64,000 nt of DNA from an uncultured Actinomycetes bacterium (GCA_963810915.1 CAWEPH010000002.1:57002-121001), one strand, 5' to 3'; shown: positions 37,476 through 48,473, counted from the first letter of the stretch. Numbers and translations are program-made. The notes: generated by a model not told the origin, from the letters alone.

Positions 37476-40250
37476 TCAAGTGAACAGCGCGATGAGCTTC
37501 CGCCCTTCGGAGACCCACAGCACGAAGCTCGAGGCAGCCAGGGCGACGCCCCACTGCGCCGCGCTGAGCGGCACCGTGCCGAACGCCGACTCGAGGAACG
37601 GCACGTAGACGACGGCCACCTGCAGCATGGCCGAGAGCGCAACAGCGCCCCACAGCAACGGATTCGAGAACGGGTGACGGAACGCACTCTGGTGATCCGA
37701 GCGGGAGTTGAACACGTTCACCAGCTGGGCGAGCACCAGGACGGTGAACGCCATCGTGCGAGCGACCTGCTCGCTCCCCGTGCCCTCCACGAGTCCGCCT
37801 GGGAGCTCGAGGTCGAACACGAACAGCGTGGCGGCGGCCATCGCGAGGCCGTTGACCATGATGCTTACCCACATCGGCCCGTCGATCACGCGTTCCGTAC
37901 GCCGCCGCGGCGGGCGCTGCATCATGCGTCCCTCGGGTGGATCCACCCCCACCGCGAGGGCGGGCCCGGCGTCGGTCAGGAGGTTGATCCAGAGGATCTG
38001 AGTGGCGAGCAACGGGCTCACGATCCCCGCGCCTCCGCTCGTCAGGCCGAGGGACGCCGCGAAGACGATCCCGAAGAGCATCGTCAGTACCTCACCGGTG
38101 TTCGACGAGAGCAGGTACCGGATGAACTTCCGGATGTTCGCGAAGATCGAGCGGCCCTCTTCGATGGCGGCCACGATCGTCGCGAAGCGATCGTCGGTGA
38201 GGATCATGTCCGAGGCTTCCTTCGAGACGTCGGTACCGGCGATCCCCATCGCCACACCGATGTCCGCGGTCTTGAGCGCCGGCGCGTCGTTCACACCGTC
38301 GCCGGTCATCGCGACGACGTTGCCACCGCGCCGAAGCGCCCGCACGATCCGGAGCTTGTGCTCAGGGCTCACGCGGGCATACACCGAGACGTCCTCGACG
38401 GTCGCGTCCAACGTCTCCTCGTCCATCCGCTCGAGCTCGACGCCGGTGCTGACCGCTCCATCCCCCACCGCGATGCCCAGCTCGGCGGCGATCGCGCTGG
38501 CGGTGATCGGATGGTCGCCGGTGATCATGATCACGCGGATCCCGGCGCCCTGCGCGGCGGCCACCGACGCCGCGGCTTCCTCACGCGGCGGATCGATCAT
38601 CCCGACGACCCCGAGGAACACGAGCTCGTCCTCGAGATGTTCACCGGGCTCGTCGTAGCCCGTGGCCTCGATCCGACGCTCTCCGACGGCGAGGGTGCGC
38701 ATCGCGCGCGAGGCGAGGTGCTCGACAGCCGCGAGGATCTCGGTCCGTCGTGCCGGCGTGAGCGAGATGACCTCGTCCGCGCAGCGCTCGTCCGAGCATC
38801 GCGCCAGGAGCACGTCGGGCGCGCCTTTCGTGAAGACCCGCAGGGCCCCCGCAGCCTCGACGTCCTCGTGGATCGTGCTCATCAGCTTCCGCTCTGAGGA
38901 GAACGGCACCTCGTCGACGCGCGGGAGCCGCCTGCGGGCCTCGTGCGGAGCCTCGCCCAGCTTTGCCGCTGCGACGAGCAAGGCGCCCTCGGTGGGATCC
39001 CCGCGTACGGTCCAGACTCCCTCGTGTTCCTCGATCGAGGCGTTGGAGGCGAGCGCCGCCGCGCGCAGGAGGCGGCGGACGTCGGCGACACAGGGCGACA
39101 CCTCGAGCGGCGCGCCATCGGGGTCTGTGACGTCGCCGGCCGGTGCGTAGCCGGTGCCGCCGAACAGCGCGGTGCCCGAGGCCGTCACGGCTTCCCGCAC
39201 GGTCATCTCATTCCGTGTCAACGTGCCCGTCTTGTCGGAGCAGATCGTCGTAGCTGAGCCGAGCGTCTCGACCGCCGAGAGCTTCCGGACGATCGCGTTG
39301 CGACGCGCCATGCGTTGGACGCCGAGAGCCAGGACCACCGTGAGGATCGTCGCGAGCCCCTCCGGCACCGCCGCGACGGCGAGCGAGACGCCGATCAGCA
39401 TCACGTCGACCATCCCGGCGGTGCCCTGAACGTCGGAGACGGCCATGAGCGAGGCGATCACCACGATGGCCACCGCGATCACCGCGATGCCGATCACGCG
39501 GCCCGCTCGGGCGATCTCGACCTGCAGGGGCGTCTCAGGCTCCTCGACCATCTCGAGCAAGCCGGCGATCGTGCCGAGCTCGGTCTGCATCCCCGTGGCG
39601 GTGACGATCGCCGCGCCGCGGCCGTAGGTCACCACGGTGCCTCGGAAGACCATGTCGGTCCTGTCTCCCACAGCGAGATCTCGCTCAACCGGCTCGATGC
39701 GTTTCTCAACCGGCTCGCTCTCCCCGGTCAGGGCGCCCTCCGCGGTGCTGAGCGAGATCTCCCGAACGAGTCGGCCGTCGGCGGAGATCGCGTCGCCGGC
39801 TTCCAGCAGCATCAGGTCGCCGGGCACGACTTCACGCGCAGGCACCGTGGCGGATCGTCCTCCCCGCACCACGGTGGCCGTCAACTCCGTCATCGCCCGA
39901 AGCGCGGCGACGGCCTGTTCCGCACGCGCCTCTTGCACGTAGCCGAGCACCGCGTTCAACAGCACGATCGCGAGGATGGCGATGGCCTCGATGGGCAGGC
40001 CGTGTGCGCCCTCCAGCAGCCACACGAGCGCCGAGATCGCCGTGGCGGCGAGCAGCAGCGCAACCAGCGGATCGGCGAACTGGCGAAGGAACCGACGCCA
40101 CCGAGGGACAGGGGGTGCTTCTCGCAGCTCGTTCGGGCCCTCGCGTCCGAGGCGTGCAGCGGCCTCGTCGGGTGCGAGCCCAGCCACGGCGTCGGTATCG
40201 AGCGCCTCCGCGACCGTCGTGACGTCGTGCGAGTGCGGTGCTGCGAGCAT
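37476..40250 (-). CDS. Cation-transporting P-type ATPase (P-IIA, Ca2+-like)
   Basis: LTGES, VAAVPEGL, CSDKTGTLT, KGAPD, TGDGVNDAPAL, QILWINLLTD. Confidence 0.97.
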   Translation of the reverse strand: MLAAPHSHDVTTVAEALDTDAVAGLAPDEAAARLGREGPNELREAPPVPRWRRFLRQFADPLVALLLAATAISALVWLLEGAHGLPIEAIAILAIVLLNAVLGYVQEARAEQAVAALRAMTELTATVVRGGRSATVPAREVVPGDLMLLEAGDAISADGRLVREISLSTAEGALTGESEPVEKRIEPVERDLAVGDRTDMVFRGTVVTYGRGAAIVTATGMQTELGTIAGLLEMVEEPETPLQVEIARAGRVIGIAVIAVAIVVIASLMAVSDVQGTAGMVDVMLIGVSLAVAAVPEGLATILTVVLALGVQRMARRNAIVRKLSAVETLGSATTICSDKTGTLTRNEMTVREAVTASGTALFGGTGYAPAGDVTDPDGAPLEVSPCVADVRRLLRAAALASNASIEEHEGVWTVRGDPTEGALLVAAAKLGEAPHEARRRLPRVDEVPFSSERKLMSTIHEDVEAAGALRVFTKGAPDVLLARCSDERCADEVISLTPARRTEILAAVEHLASRAMRTLAVGERRIEATGYDEPGEHLEDELVFLGVVGMIDPPREEAAASVAAAQGAGIRVIMITGDHPITASAIAAELGIAVGDGAVSTGVELERMDEETLDATVEDVSVYARVSPEHKLRIVRALRRGGNVVAMTGDGVNDAPALKTADIGVAMGIAGTDVSKEASDMILTDDRFATIVAAIEEGRSIFANIRKFIRYLLSSNTGEVLTMLFGIVFAASLGLTSGGAGIVSPLLATQILWINLLTDAGPALAVGVDPPEGRMMQRPPRRRTERVIDGPMWVSIMVNGLAMAAATLFVFDLELPGGLVEGTGSEQVARTMAFTVLVLAQLVNVFNSRSDHQSAFRHPFSNPLLWGAVALSAMLQVAVVYVPFLESAFGTVPLSAAQWGVALAASSFVLWVSEGRKLIALFT

Positions 40251-40276
40251 CGTCACACGACCATACCGGCCGACGC

Positions 40277-41446
40277 TCAGGCGGCCCGCCCGGTGATCGA
40301 GCGCCGCAGCAGCACCGTGGCGATCGCCAGCAGCCCCACCGCATAAGCCGCGAGCACCCACAGATCCGTGCCCACCTCCGTCGGCCGCGCCCCCACCGTG
40401 ATCGAGGCGTTGAGCGCGTCGACCGCCCAGGCGTGCGGGAAGAGGTGCGCGATCCTGAGCATCACCGGCGGGAAGATCTCGAGGGGCACCATGCAGCCGC
40501 CCAACGCCGCGAGCACCAGCCCCAGGAACACCCCCATCGCGCCGGCCTGCGAGGCGTTCTGCAGGAGGGAGCCCATCACCATCGCCGCCCCGGTCGCCGC
40601 CAGCGCGAAGAGCAGCACGACCAGCGTGGTCGTCAGCCGGTTCCCCCAGTCGACCTGGAATAGCAGGACCGTGCCCACGACGATAAGCAGCCCCTGGATC
40701 AGCGCGATCGCGTAACGGCCGAGCGTCTCGCCCACCAGGATGGTGCGCACCGAGGTGGGCGAGGCGAGCATCCGCCGCGTCACGCCGAGGCGCCGCGTCT
40801 CGATCAGCATGGCCGAGGCCGACAGCGATGTGAGGAAGATGAAGAGGATCAGTTCTTGCGCGGCCCCCGTCGCGAACGAGCCCACCGCCGTATCGCCGCC
40901 TGCTGTCCCCGTGGCCACGTCGACGGTGGGCAGGACCGCCGCGACCGCCTTCGCCCGGCCGAGTCCCTCGGCGAAGGTCGGAGCCGCGCCCTCGTCCACG
41001 GCGAAGCGCGCCGCGCGGACCTCTACGTTCTGGGCATCCACCACGGATGCGACGGTCAGCTGCAGCCCCTGATCCGCGGTCGGTCGCGCGATGAAATCGA
41101 TCGGGACCGTCTCGCCCGCGCGGATCCGCTCGTCGTAGCCGGGCGGGATCGTCAGCCCACCTTCCAACTCGCCGCGCTCGATCGCGGTGCGCATGGCGTC
41201 CGCATCGGTGTAGACACGGACGTCGATGCCCTCGGTCGCGGCCAGACGCGTCCGGAGATCCCGCCCGAGCTCACCAGATCGCGCGTCCATCACGCCGAGC
41301 TCGGGCGTGAACCCGGATCCGAAGGCCGCGCCGATCGCCAGGATGATCAGGAACGGGAAGACGAAGACGAAGAAGGCAGCGGTCTTGTCCTTCACCAGCC
41401 GACGGAGGTTCGTCCCCGCGATCGCGAGCGCCTTGCGGAGGTTCAT
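40277..41446 (-). CDS. ABC-2 transporter permease
   Basis: N-terminal TM, large loop, RRMLASP, ALGGCMVP, PHAWA. Confidence 0.9.
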   Translation of the reverse strand: MNLRKALAIAGTNLRRLVKDKTAAFFVFVFPFLIILAIGAAFGSGFTPELGVMDARSGELGRDLRTRLAATEGIDVRVYTDADAMRTAIERGELEGGLTIPPGYDERIRAGETVPIDFIARPTADQGLQLTVASVVDAQNVEVRAARFAVDEGAAPTFAEGLGRAKAVAAVLPTVDVATGTAGGDTAVGSFATGAAQELILFIFLTSLSASAMLIETRRLGVTRRMLASPTSVRTILVGETLGRYAIALIQGLLIVVGTVLLFQVDWGNRLTTTLVVLLFALAATGAAMVMGSLLQNASQAGAMGVFLGLVLAALGGCMVPLEIFPPVMLRIAHLFPHAWAVDALNASITVGARPTEVGTDLWVLAAYAVGLLAIATVLLRRSITGRAA

Positions 41447-42606
41447 CCGGCCACCATCCGCGTCGACCGCGCCCACGCGAGGCCGCCGGTGACGAACGCG
41501 ATCGTGAACACCCCTGCGAGCGCCCCGACCACGTCACGCACCGACGCGCCGTACGCGAGCTTCTGGAAGCCCTCCATCAGCCACCCCTGCGGGGAGAGGA
41601 ACCGGATCGTGCCGAGCAGGCCGGCCTGCGAGATCGGGAAGAAGGTGCCGCCCAACAGCCCTCCCACCACGGCGACGATGGAGACCATGGCGCCGGCCTG
41701 TGCGGTGGTCTTCGCGTAGGTGGCCACCAACGCCGTGACGCCGACCGCGGCCAGCACGCCGCCGAGGATCAGCAGCGCGACGCCGACGGGATCGCCCCAC
41801 TCCGCCTGCAGGAGCCAGGTCGTGGCCAGGACCAGGAGCACCGTGCTCACCAGCCCGACCACCAGGCTCGCGAGGGCCTTCCCGCCGATCACGGACGCCG
41901 GTCGGATCGGCGCCACCAACAGGCGCGAGAGCGTCCCCTCCTCGCGCTCCTCCAACAGGCCCCGCACGCCGAACTCGACCGCGAAGAACAGGAAGAACAC
42001 CGCCATGCCGATCGCGAAGAAGGTCGACTGGGACGCGACCTGATCGGCGGCGTGCACCGTGCGGATCCTGGCCGCGGCCGGCACGGCCTGTGCACGGGTC
42101 GCCAGGTCGGGATCGGGCGCGGGCGCCCCACCTCCGTGCGTCACCGTCGCCACCGAGAGCCCGACCGCATCGAGCTGCGAGGCGAACGAGCGCGCCAGCG
42201 AGACCATCACGAGCGATCCGATGCTCGAATCGGGCGAGCCGATCACGCGGATCGTCGCGCCCTCGCCGGCGCGCACGGCGTCGGAGAACCCTTCCGGAAA
42301 CACGGCCGCCGCGTCGAGGTCGCCGGCCTCCGCCTGTCGGTCGGCCTGTACCGGCGAGTCGACCTGCTCCAGGGTGACGAAGTCGAGGGTCTTCAGGAGG
42401 GCGGTGAAGCTCGCCGGGAGATCACCGCCGGCGTCCTGGTTCACGACCCCGTACGTCACGTCCAAGCCCTGCGTCTCGACGTCGCCGAGCGTGAGGCTGA
42501 AGATCCATGCGAGCCCGAACGGGAGGACCAGAGCGACCAGGATCGCGGTCCGGTCGCGCAGCCGCCTCCGCAGGTCCTTCGTCGCGATCGTCCAGGCATC
42601 GCGCAT
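41443..42606 (-). CDS. ABC-2 transporter permease
   Basis: KDLRRRLRDR, EREEGTLSRLLVAP, LLGGTFFP; ATGA overlap. Confidence 0.9.
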   Translation of the reverse strand: MRDAWTIATKDLRRRLRDRTAILVALVLPFGLAWIFSLTLGDVETQGLDVTYGVVNQDAGGDLPASFTALLKTLDFVTLEQVDSPVQADRQAEAGDLDAAAVFPEGFSDAVRAGEGATIRVIGSPDSSIGSLVMVSLARSFASQLDAVGLSVATVTHGGGAPAPDPDLATRAQAVPAAARIRTVHAADQVASQSTFFAIGMAVFFLFFAVEFGVRGLLEEREEGTLSRLLVAPIRPASVIGGKALASLVVGLVSTVLLVLATTWLLQAEWGDPVGVALLILGGVLAAVGVTALVATYAKTTAQAGAMVSIVAVVGGLLGGTFFPISQAGLLGTIRFLSPQGWLMEGFQKLAYGASVRDVVGALAGVFTIAFVTGGLAWARSTRMVAG

Positions 42607-42610
42607 CGTC

Positions 42611-43555
42611 CTAGCCCTCGTCGCGGAGCGCCTTGCCGGTGAGGTGCAGGAAGACGGCCTCGAGGTTCGGCTCCTGGACCTCCATCGAAGTGATGCCGGT
42701 GCCGGTCGCGTCGATCGAGCGCACGATCTCGGCGAGCGAGGAGCGCACGTCGCGCGCCATCACGTCGATCCCGCCGTCGCGCGGGACGGCCTCCGCCACG
42801 CCGGGTATGCGCATCGTCGCGGCGCACGCAGCCTGGAGATCGCCGCGAGCCTCGATCCGCAGGCGGTCGAGCTCGCCCACCAGCCCGATCAACTCGCGGC
42901 GCGTGCCCTCCGCCTTCAACGTCCCCTCGTCGAGGATCCCGACGCGATCGCAGAGCCGCTCGGCCTCCTCCATGTAGTGGGTGGTGTAGAGCACCGCCAT
43001 GCCCTCCGACGCCAGCGCCTCGACGGAGTCCAGGATCGCGTTCCGGCTCTGCGGATCCACGCCCACGGTGGGCTCGTCCAGGACCAGGAGCGCCGGGTCG
43101 TTCAGCAGGCCGAGACCGATGTTCAGACGACGCTTCATGCCGCCCGAATACCGTTCGGTACGCTCGTCGGCCCGCTCGGCGAGGCCGACGGTCTCCAGGA
43201 CGCGATCCATCCGCCGCTCCAGCTCCTTCCCGGAGAGGTCGTACAGCTTGCCGAAGAACCGCAGGTTCTCCTTCGCGGTCAGGTCCGGGTAGATCGCGAT
43301 CTCCTGCGGCACGAAGCCGATCGCCGCCTTCGCTTCGACGGTGCCGGTGTCGAGCGGGCGGCCCTGCAGGGTGACATGGCCGCCGTCGCGCGACAGCAAG
43401 CCGCAAACCATGGAGATCGTGGTGGTCTTTCCGGCGCCGTTGGGCCCCAGCAGGCCGTAGGTCTCACCCTCCCCGATCGTGAAGCCGACGCCGTCCACGG
43501 CGAGCCGCTCACCGTAGCTCTTGCGAAGGCCTTCACAGGCGAGCACCGCGTCCAT
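42611..43555 (-). CDS. ABC transporter ATP-binding protein (DrrA-like)
   Basis: GPNGAGKTT, YSGGMKRR, LDEPTVGVDPQSR, TTHYMEE, LTGKALRD. Confidence 0.95.
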   Translation of the reverse strand: MDAVLACEGLRKSYGERLAVDGVGFTIGEGETYGLLGPNGAGKTTTISMVCGLLSRDGGHVTLQGRPLDTGTVEAKAAIGFVPQEIAIYPDLTAKENLRFFGKLYDLSGKELERRMDRVLETVGLAERADERTERYSGGMKRRLNIGLGLLNDPALLVLDEPTVGVDPQSRNAILDSVEALASEGMAVLYTTHYMEEAERLCDRVGILDEGTLKAEGTRRELIGLVGELDRLRIEARGDLQAACAATMRIPGVAEAVPRDGGIDVMARDVRSSLAEIVRSIDATGTGITSMEVQEPNLEAVFLHLTGKALRDEG

Positions 43556-43634
43556 ATCCGACCTCCACGCTAGTCCAACGACCCGCGTCGCGGACCACGA
43601 CCGCTCGGGAGCGCAGGTGTGGTCAACTACGGTC

Positions 43635-44201
43635 ATGGCATCCTGGAACGGCACCGTCGTCCTCACGACGCCGCGCTTGCTGCTGCGCACCTTCCGCCGT
43701 GACGACCTCCCGCACTACGCGGCCCTGAACGCCGATCCAGAGGTCGTGCGTTACCTGGGTGGCGAGCCGCTCTCGCGCCAGCACTCCGACGAGATCGCCG
43801 AATGGGCGAACGAGGTCCACGAAGAAGAAGGGATCGGCCTGCTCGCCGTCGAACGCCAGAAGGACGGGGCCTTCCTCGGCATGTGCGGCCTGCACCACCT
43901 GGAGTCCTATCCCGACGACGTCGAGGTGGGGTGGCGGCTCGCGTATGAGCACTGGGGCAAGGGGTACGCCACGGAAGCCGCCACGGCCTGGCTCGATCAC
44001 GCCTTCGGCCCGCTCGATGTGCCGCGCGTGATCTCGACCACGGACCCGCCGAACGTGCGCAGCCTGGCGGTCATGCGACGGCTGGGGATGACCTTCGACC
44101 ACGCCGCCCAGATCACGGACGAGGGCATCGCGTTCGATGCGGTGATCTACAGCATCACGGCGGCCCAGTGGCGCGCACACATCGCCGCCACGGAGCGATG
44201 A
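43635..44201 (+). CDS. GNAT acetyltransferase (RimJ/RimL type)
   Basis: TPRLLLR, EVGWRL...WGKGYATEAA, NVRSLAVMRRLGM. Confidence 0.92.
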   Translation: MASWNGTVVLTTPRLLLRTFRRDDLPHYAALNADPEVVRYLGGEPLSRQHSDEIAEWANEVHEEEGIGLLAVERQKDGAFLGMCGLHHLESYPDDVEVGWRLAYEHWGKGYATEAATAWLDHAFGPLDVPRVISTTDPPNVRSLAVMRRLGMTFDHAAQITDEGIAFDAVIYSITAAQWRAHIAATER

Positions 44202-44244
44202 CCGCCGACCGCATCGCGCGGCCGAACCTATCATCGCGGGCACC

Positions 44245-44871
44245 ATGAGCCAGCCGAACGAGCCGCATCCGCACGTCGACGTCGGGGCCGGGCGCCTCGA
44301 GGCGTTCAGCGATGCGGTGATGGCCGTGATCATCACGATCCTGGCCCTCGAGCTGGGGCCCCCCGGCGGCTCGACGCGGGACGCGGTGGAGGCGTGGCTG
44401 CCGAACCTGTGGATCTATCTCCTCGCCTTCGTGTTCGTCGCGATCTACTGGAACAACCACCATCACCTCCTGCGCGCCACCACGCGCATCAGCGGATCGG
44501 TGATGTGGGCCAACATGTTCCTGCTGTTCTGGTTGTCCCTGGTCCCCGTCCTCACCGAATGGCTGAAGGAGTTCCCGCGCGAGGCGCTGCCGGTGGCGTC
44601 GTTCGGGGTGGTCGCGCTCTGCGCCGCGCTGGCGTACAGCATCCTCGTCCGCGCGATCGTGCGTGCGAACGGTCGGGAGTCGCTGGTCGGCGTGGCGCTC
44701 GGGTCCGACCTGAAAGGGAACATCTCGCTGGTGATGTACGCGGCGGGCGTCGGACTCGCCTACGTCAGCATCTGGCTCGCGTACGCGCTCTACGTCGCGG
44801 TGGCGGTGATGTGGCTCGTGCCCGACCGCCGCTTCATCCGTGCCCATCCTCCCCACGAGCACCACGACTAG
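44245..44871 (+). CDS. TMEM175 family potassium channel (DUF1211)
   Basis: RLEAFSDAVMAVIITI, YWNNHH, N..LLFWLSLVP. Confidence 0.93.
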   Translation: MSQPNEPHPHVDVGAGRLEAFSDAVMAVIITILALELGPPGGSTRDAVEAWLPNLWIYLLAFVFVAIYWNNHHHLLRATTRISGSVMWANMFLLFWLSLVPVLTEWLKEFPREALPVASFGVVALCAALAYSILVRAIVRANGRESLVGVALGSDLKGNISLVMYAAGVGLAYVSIWLAYALYVAVAVMWLVPDRRFIRAHPPHEHHD

Positions 44872-44908
44872 GGTCCCGCCGTTCGCCCTCCGCATAGACT
44901 CGCAACCC

Positions 44909-47900
44909 ATGGGGACGTGCGCGACCTGCGGGGCCACCAACGTCGAAGGAGCTCGCTTCTGCGCGTCCTGCGGCGCTTCGCTCACGGCGACGTGCGCGTC
45001 GTGCGGCGTCCAGCTCCCCGACGATGCCCGGTTCTGTCCCAGCTGCGGGGCACCGGTGGCAGCGCCCGACTCGGCTCCCCTGGGCCAGGAGCGTCGCGTC
45101 CTCACGCTCCTGTTCGCCGACCTCAGCGGCTCCACCGCACTGGGCGAGCGGCTCGATCCCGAGCAGCTGCGCCAGGTCCTCGATCGGTACTTCGCGGCCA
45201 TGCGCGAGGAGATCGAAGCCGAAGGTGGCACCGTGGAGAAGTTCATCGGCGACGCGGTGGTCGCGGGGTTCGGGACACCCGTCGCCCATGAGGACGACGC
45301 TGCCCGCGCCCTGCGCGCGGCCCTGCGGATGCGCGCGCGTCTGCCGGCGGTGAACGCGGAGCTCGACTCCCTGCACGGCGTCACGCTCGAGATCCGGATC
45401 GGCGTGAACACCGGCGAGGTGCTGGCGACACTCGATCCCCTGCCGGGGGAGCCCATGTTCACGGGCGACGCGGTCAACACCGCCGCGCGCTTCGAGCAGC
45501 ACGCGCGACCCGGACAGATCCTCGCCTCGGAGCGCACGGTGCGAGCGGCACGCGGCTTCGCCACCGCCGACGCCGGCCTGATCGAGATGAAGGGCAAAGC
45601 CGAACCCGCGCGGGCTTTCGAGGTCCTTGGCGAGGACGGGTCGGCGCCCGCACGTGGGGTGCCGGGTCTCTCGGCGCCGATGGTGGGGCGCGACGCCGAA
45701 CTCGAACTGCTGGCCTCGATGGCGGCGCGGGTGAGTATCGAGCGTCGACCGCACCTGGTGACGATCTATGGCGAGCCGGGCGTCGGCAAGAGCCGTCTGA
45801 CGCAAGAGTTCCTCACATCGGCGACGCACGGCACGACCGTGCGCGGGCGTTGCCTCCCGTACGGCGACGGCGTCACGTACTGGCCCCTCGCCGAGATCCT
45901 CAAGGGCGTGGCGGGCGTCCTGGACAGCGACCCCCCGAAGCTCGCGTTGGACCGCGTGCACGCCCTGGGGCGCTCGTTGCTCGGCGCGGACGAGGTGGCG
46001 ACGCGCGCGACCGCCGCCTTGGCGTTCACCATGGGGCTCGACGACCCCATGGTTCGGTTCGGCGAGACGGATCCGAAGCAGGTGAACGAGGAGATCGGGC
46101 AGGCCTGGCGCGCGTTCTTCGGCGCGCTGGCGCATGAGGCGCCGGTCCTGGCGCTGATCGAGGACATCCACTGGGCGGACCCGGCGCTCCTCGACCTACT
46201 CGAACGGCTGGCCGAGGAGATCGAGGGACCGGTCCTGTTCCTGTGTCCCGCGCGGCCTGAGCTGCTCGGATCGCGCCCCAACTGGGGAGGCGGCAAGCGC
46301 AACTACAGCGGGCTCTCCCTCGACCCGCTCACGACCGATGAAGCCGAAGATCTGATGCGGGCGCTTCTGAACATCGATGATCTGCCCGCCAGCGTGCACG
46401 GCCAGATCCTGGAGAGGGCGGGTGGCAATCCGTTCTTCTTGGAGGAGATCGTGCGCCAGCTGGCGGATGGTGGGCACGTGGTGCGGGAGGGCGAACGGTG
46501 GCGAGCCACCGGCGACGTCGCAGCCGTTGAGATCCCGGACACGGTGCAGGCTGTCTTGGCCGCGCGGATCGACATGCTGGAGACGGCTCCACGAGGCGCG
46601 CTACAGGCGGCCGCGGTCGTCGGTCGCGTGTTCTGGCCCGGCGCGGTGCGGCGCCTCGTTCGCGATCGAGACGGGCTCGAGGAGGCGTTCGCCCCGCTAC
46701 AGGCGCGCGACCTGATCCGAGCACGACCTGCATCCGCGCTCGCGGGCGAGACCGAGTACATCTTCAAACACGTGCTCACGCGCGATGTCGCCTACGAGAC
46801 GCTGCCCCGCGCCGAACGCGCCGTCGCCCACGCCGCGGTCGCGGCATGGCTCGAGGAGTCGGTGGGCGACCGCTCGAGCGAGTTCCTCGAGTTGCTCGCC
46901 TACCACTACACCGAGGCACACCGTGCGGGTCGCGAAAGCGCGACGGCCGACGTCGACCTCGTCCGGCTGAGGGAGCGCGCCTTCGACCTCAATCTGAGGG
47001 CTGCAGAGGCGGCTCGCGCTCGGCTCGCCTTGCATCGTGCCGAGCGGTACGCGTCACAGTCACTCGACCTCGCGGCAGACGCCGAGGAGCGCTCGCTCGC
47101 CGGGGAGTCACTGGCGGAAGCCTACTTCGAGGGATACCAGGGCACCGAGGCATGGGAGGCGTACGAACGCGCGATCGACGGCGCCCTAGAGGCCTCTGCA
47201 CCCAACGACCTGCGGATCGCACGCCTCTGCGCACGCGCCGTAGCCGTGCCTACCCGATGGCCCGGGTCGATGTATCGGACGCCTCCGGAAGAAGACGTGG
47301 GCCGCCTGATGGAGATCGGGATCGCGCACCTACCACCTGGAGACAGCCTGGAACGGATCCACTTGTTGTCGATCCGATCATCGTGGCCGTTCGCCTTCCC
47401 GTGGCTCGAGATCACCGACGAAGAGCGCGATGCGCTCATCGCGTCCGGCATCGAGGCCGCAGAATCAGCCTTGCGGATGGGTCTCCCCGATCTCGCGTCG
47501 GCTGCGTTCGACAACGCGGCGGGGCCGGCGCTCGTCGCAGGCCGATATGACGTGAGCAGTGAGATCGAGAATCGACGGCTGGGCTTGATCGACCAGCTCC
47601 GCGATCCGCTGGAGATCGGGGACACCTACGGGATGCTGAGCTGGTGCGGTGTGAGTGCTGGACGCTTCGCACAGGGCGTGGCGTTCGCGGAGGAAGGGTT
47701 GAGGGTGACCCGCGGGGCCTCGGCGAGCTCGCCGGTCCACCTGCTCTCCTGGCTCGCATACGCCCACTTCGGACTCGGTGCTTGGGAGGAAGCGCTGGCC
47801 GCCTACGGCGAGCTCAGCGATCTGCTCGGTGATCAGCGCGACGACCCCCCGTATTTCGCCTCGGGCGCCTACGGGGCGGCCGGCATGATCCACCACCTTC

Positions 47901-48463
47901 GGGGAGAGGTGGCCGAGGCCGACCGGCTACTCGACAGCCTCAAGCGTGTCTCCGATAGCGCGGGAAGCGGCCGAGGCTCGATCCGGCCCTGGACCTCTGC
48001 GATGCCCCTCATGGTGGCACGAGGAGAGCTCGAGGGCGCGCGTGCTCGGATGGTGGATCGGGTTCCGGGTTGGCAGGTCCACGGAGACACCCTCTTCGAG
48101 GCAGCTGGTGCATGGGTGGCGGCCGCCGAGGCGTGGGACCGGGCCCCCAGCCTGATCGAGGAGATGCGGACGTTCGCGATCGGCGGTTGCCGGCCGGCTG
48201 CCTGGCATGCCGACCTGCTCGAGGGTCGGTGGCAAGCGGCCGCCGAGCGACCCACCGACGCGGTGGCGGCGTTCGATCGGGCTAGGACGGCGTTCGCGTC
48301 CGCGGGCGCCGTCCGCGACGCCGCGATCTGCGACCTGGAGGTGGCCCGGGTCGTCGGCCTCGGCGCACTCGATCCGGACCGTCAACGGCGTCTGGACGAG
48401 GCCACCGTACTCTTCGAGCGGCTTCGTTCGGTGCGCGATCTCGACCGCGTCCGAGCGCTGTAG
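44909..48463 (+). CDS. Double zinc ribbon, class III adenylate/guanylate cyclase, STAND ATPase and TPR-like protein
   Basis: Four CxxC pairs, LFADLSGST, EKFIGDAV, GDAVNTAAR, GEPGVGKSRL, IEDIHWAD, GGNPFFLEE, FKHVLTRDVAY. Confidence 0.95.
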   Translation: MGTCATCGATNVEGARFCASCGASLTATCASCGVQLPDDARFCPSCGAPVAAPDSAPLGQERRVLTLLFADLSGSTALGERLDPEQLRQVLDRYFAAMREEIEAEGGTVEKFIGDAVVAGFGTPVAHEDDAARALRAALRMRARLPAVNAELDSLHGVTLEIRIGVNTGEVLATLDPLPGEPMFTGDAVNTAARFEQHARPGQILASERTVRAARGFATADAGLIEMKGKAEPARAFEVLGEDGSAPARGVPGLSAPMVGRDAELELLASMAARVSIERRPHLVTIYGEPGVGKSRLTQEFLTSATHGTTVRGRCLPYGDGVTYWPLAEILKGVAGVLDSDPPKLALDRVHALGRSLLGADEVATRATAALAFTMGLDDPMVRFGETDPKQVNEEIGQAWRAFFGALAHEAPVLALIEDIHWADPALLDLLERLAEEIEGPVLFLCPARPELLGSRPNWGGGKRNYSGLSLDPLTTDEAEDLMRALLNIDDLPASVHGQILERAGGNPFFLEEIVRQLADGGHVVREGERWRATGDVAAVEIPDTVQAVLAARIDMLETAPRGALQAAAVVGRVFWPGAVRRLVRDRDGLEEAFAPLQARDLIRARPASALAGETEYIFKHVLTRDVAYETLPRAERAVAHAAVAAWLEESVGDRSSEFLELLAYHYTEAHRAGRESATADVDLVRLRERAFDLNLRAAEAARARLALHRAERYASQSLDLAADAEERSLAGESLAEAYFEGYQGTEAWEAYERAIDGALEASAPNDLRIARLCARAVAVPTRWPGSMYRTPPEEDVGRLMEIGIAHLPPGDSLERIHLLSIRSSWPFAFPWLEITDEERDALIASGIEAAESALRMGLPDLASAAFDNAAGPALVAGRYDVSSEIENRRLGLIDQLRDPLEIGDTYGMLSWCGVSAGRFAQGVAFAEEGLRVTRGASASSPVHLLSWLAYAHFGLGAWEEALAAYGELSDLLGDQRDDPPYFASGAYGAAGMIHHLRGEVAEADRLLDSLKRVSDSAGSGRGSIRPWTSAMPLMVARGELEGARARMVDRVPGWQVHGDTLFEAAGAWVAAAEAWDRAPSLIEEMRTFAIGGCRPAAWHADLLEGRWQAAAERPTDAVAAFDRARTAFASAGAVRDAAICDLEVARVVGLGALDPDRQRRLDEATVLFERLRSVRDLDRVRAL

Positions 48464-48473
48464 CGTCCCCGTC

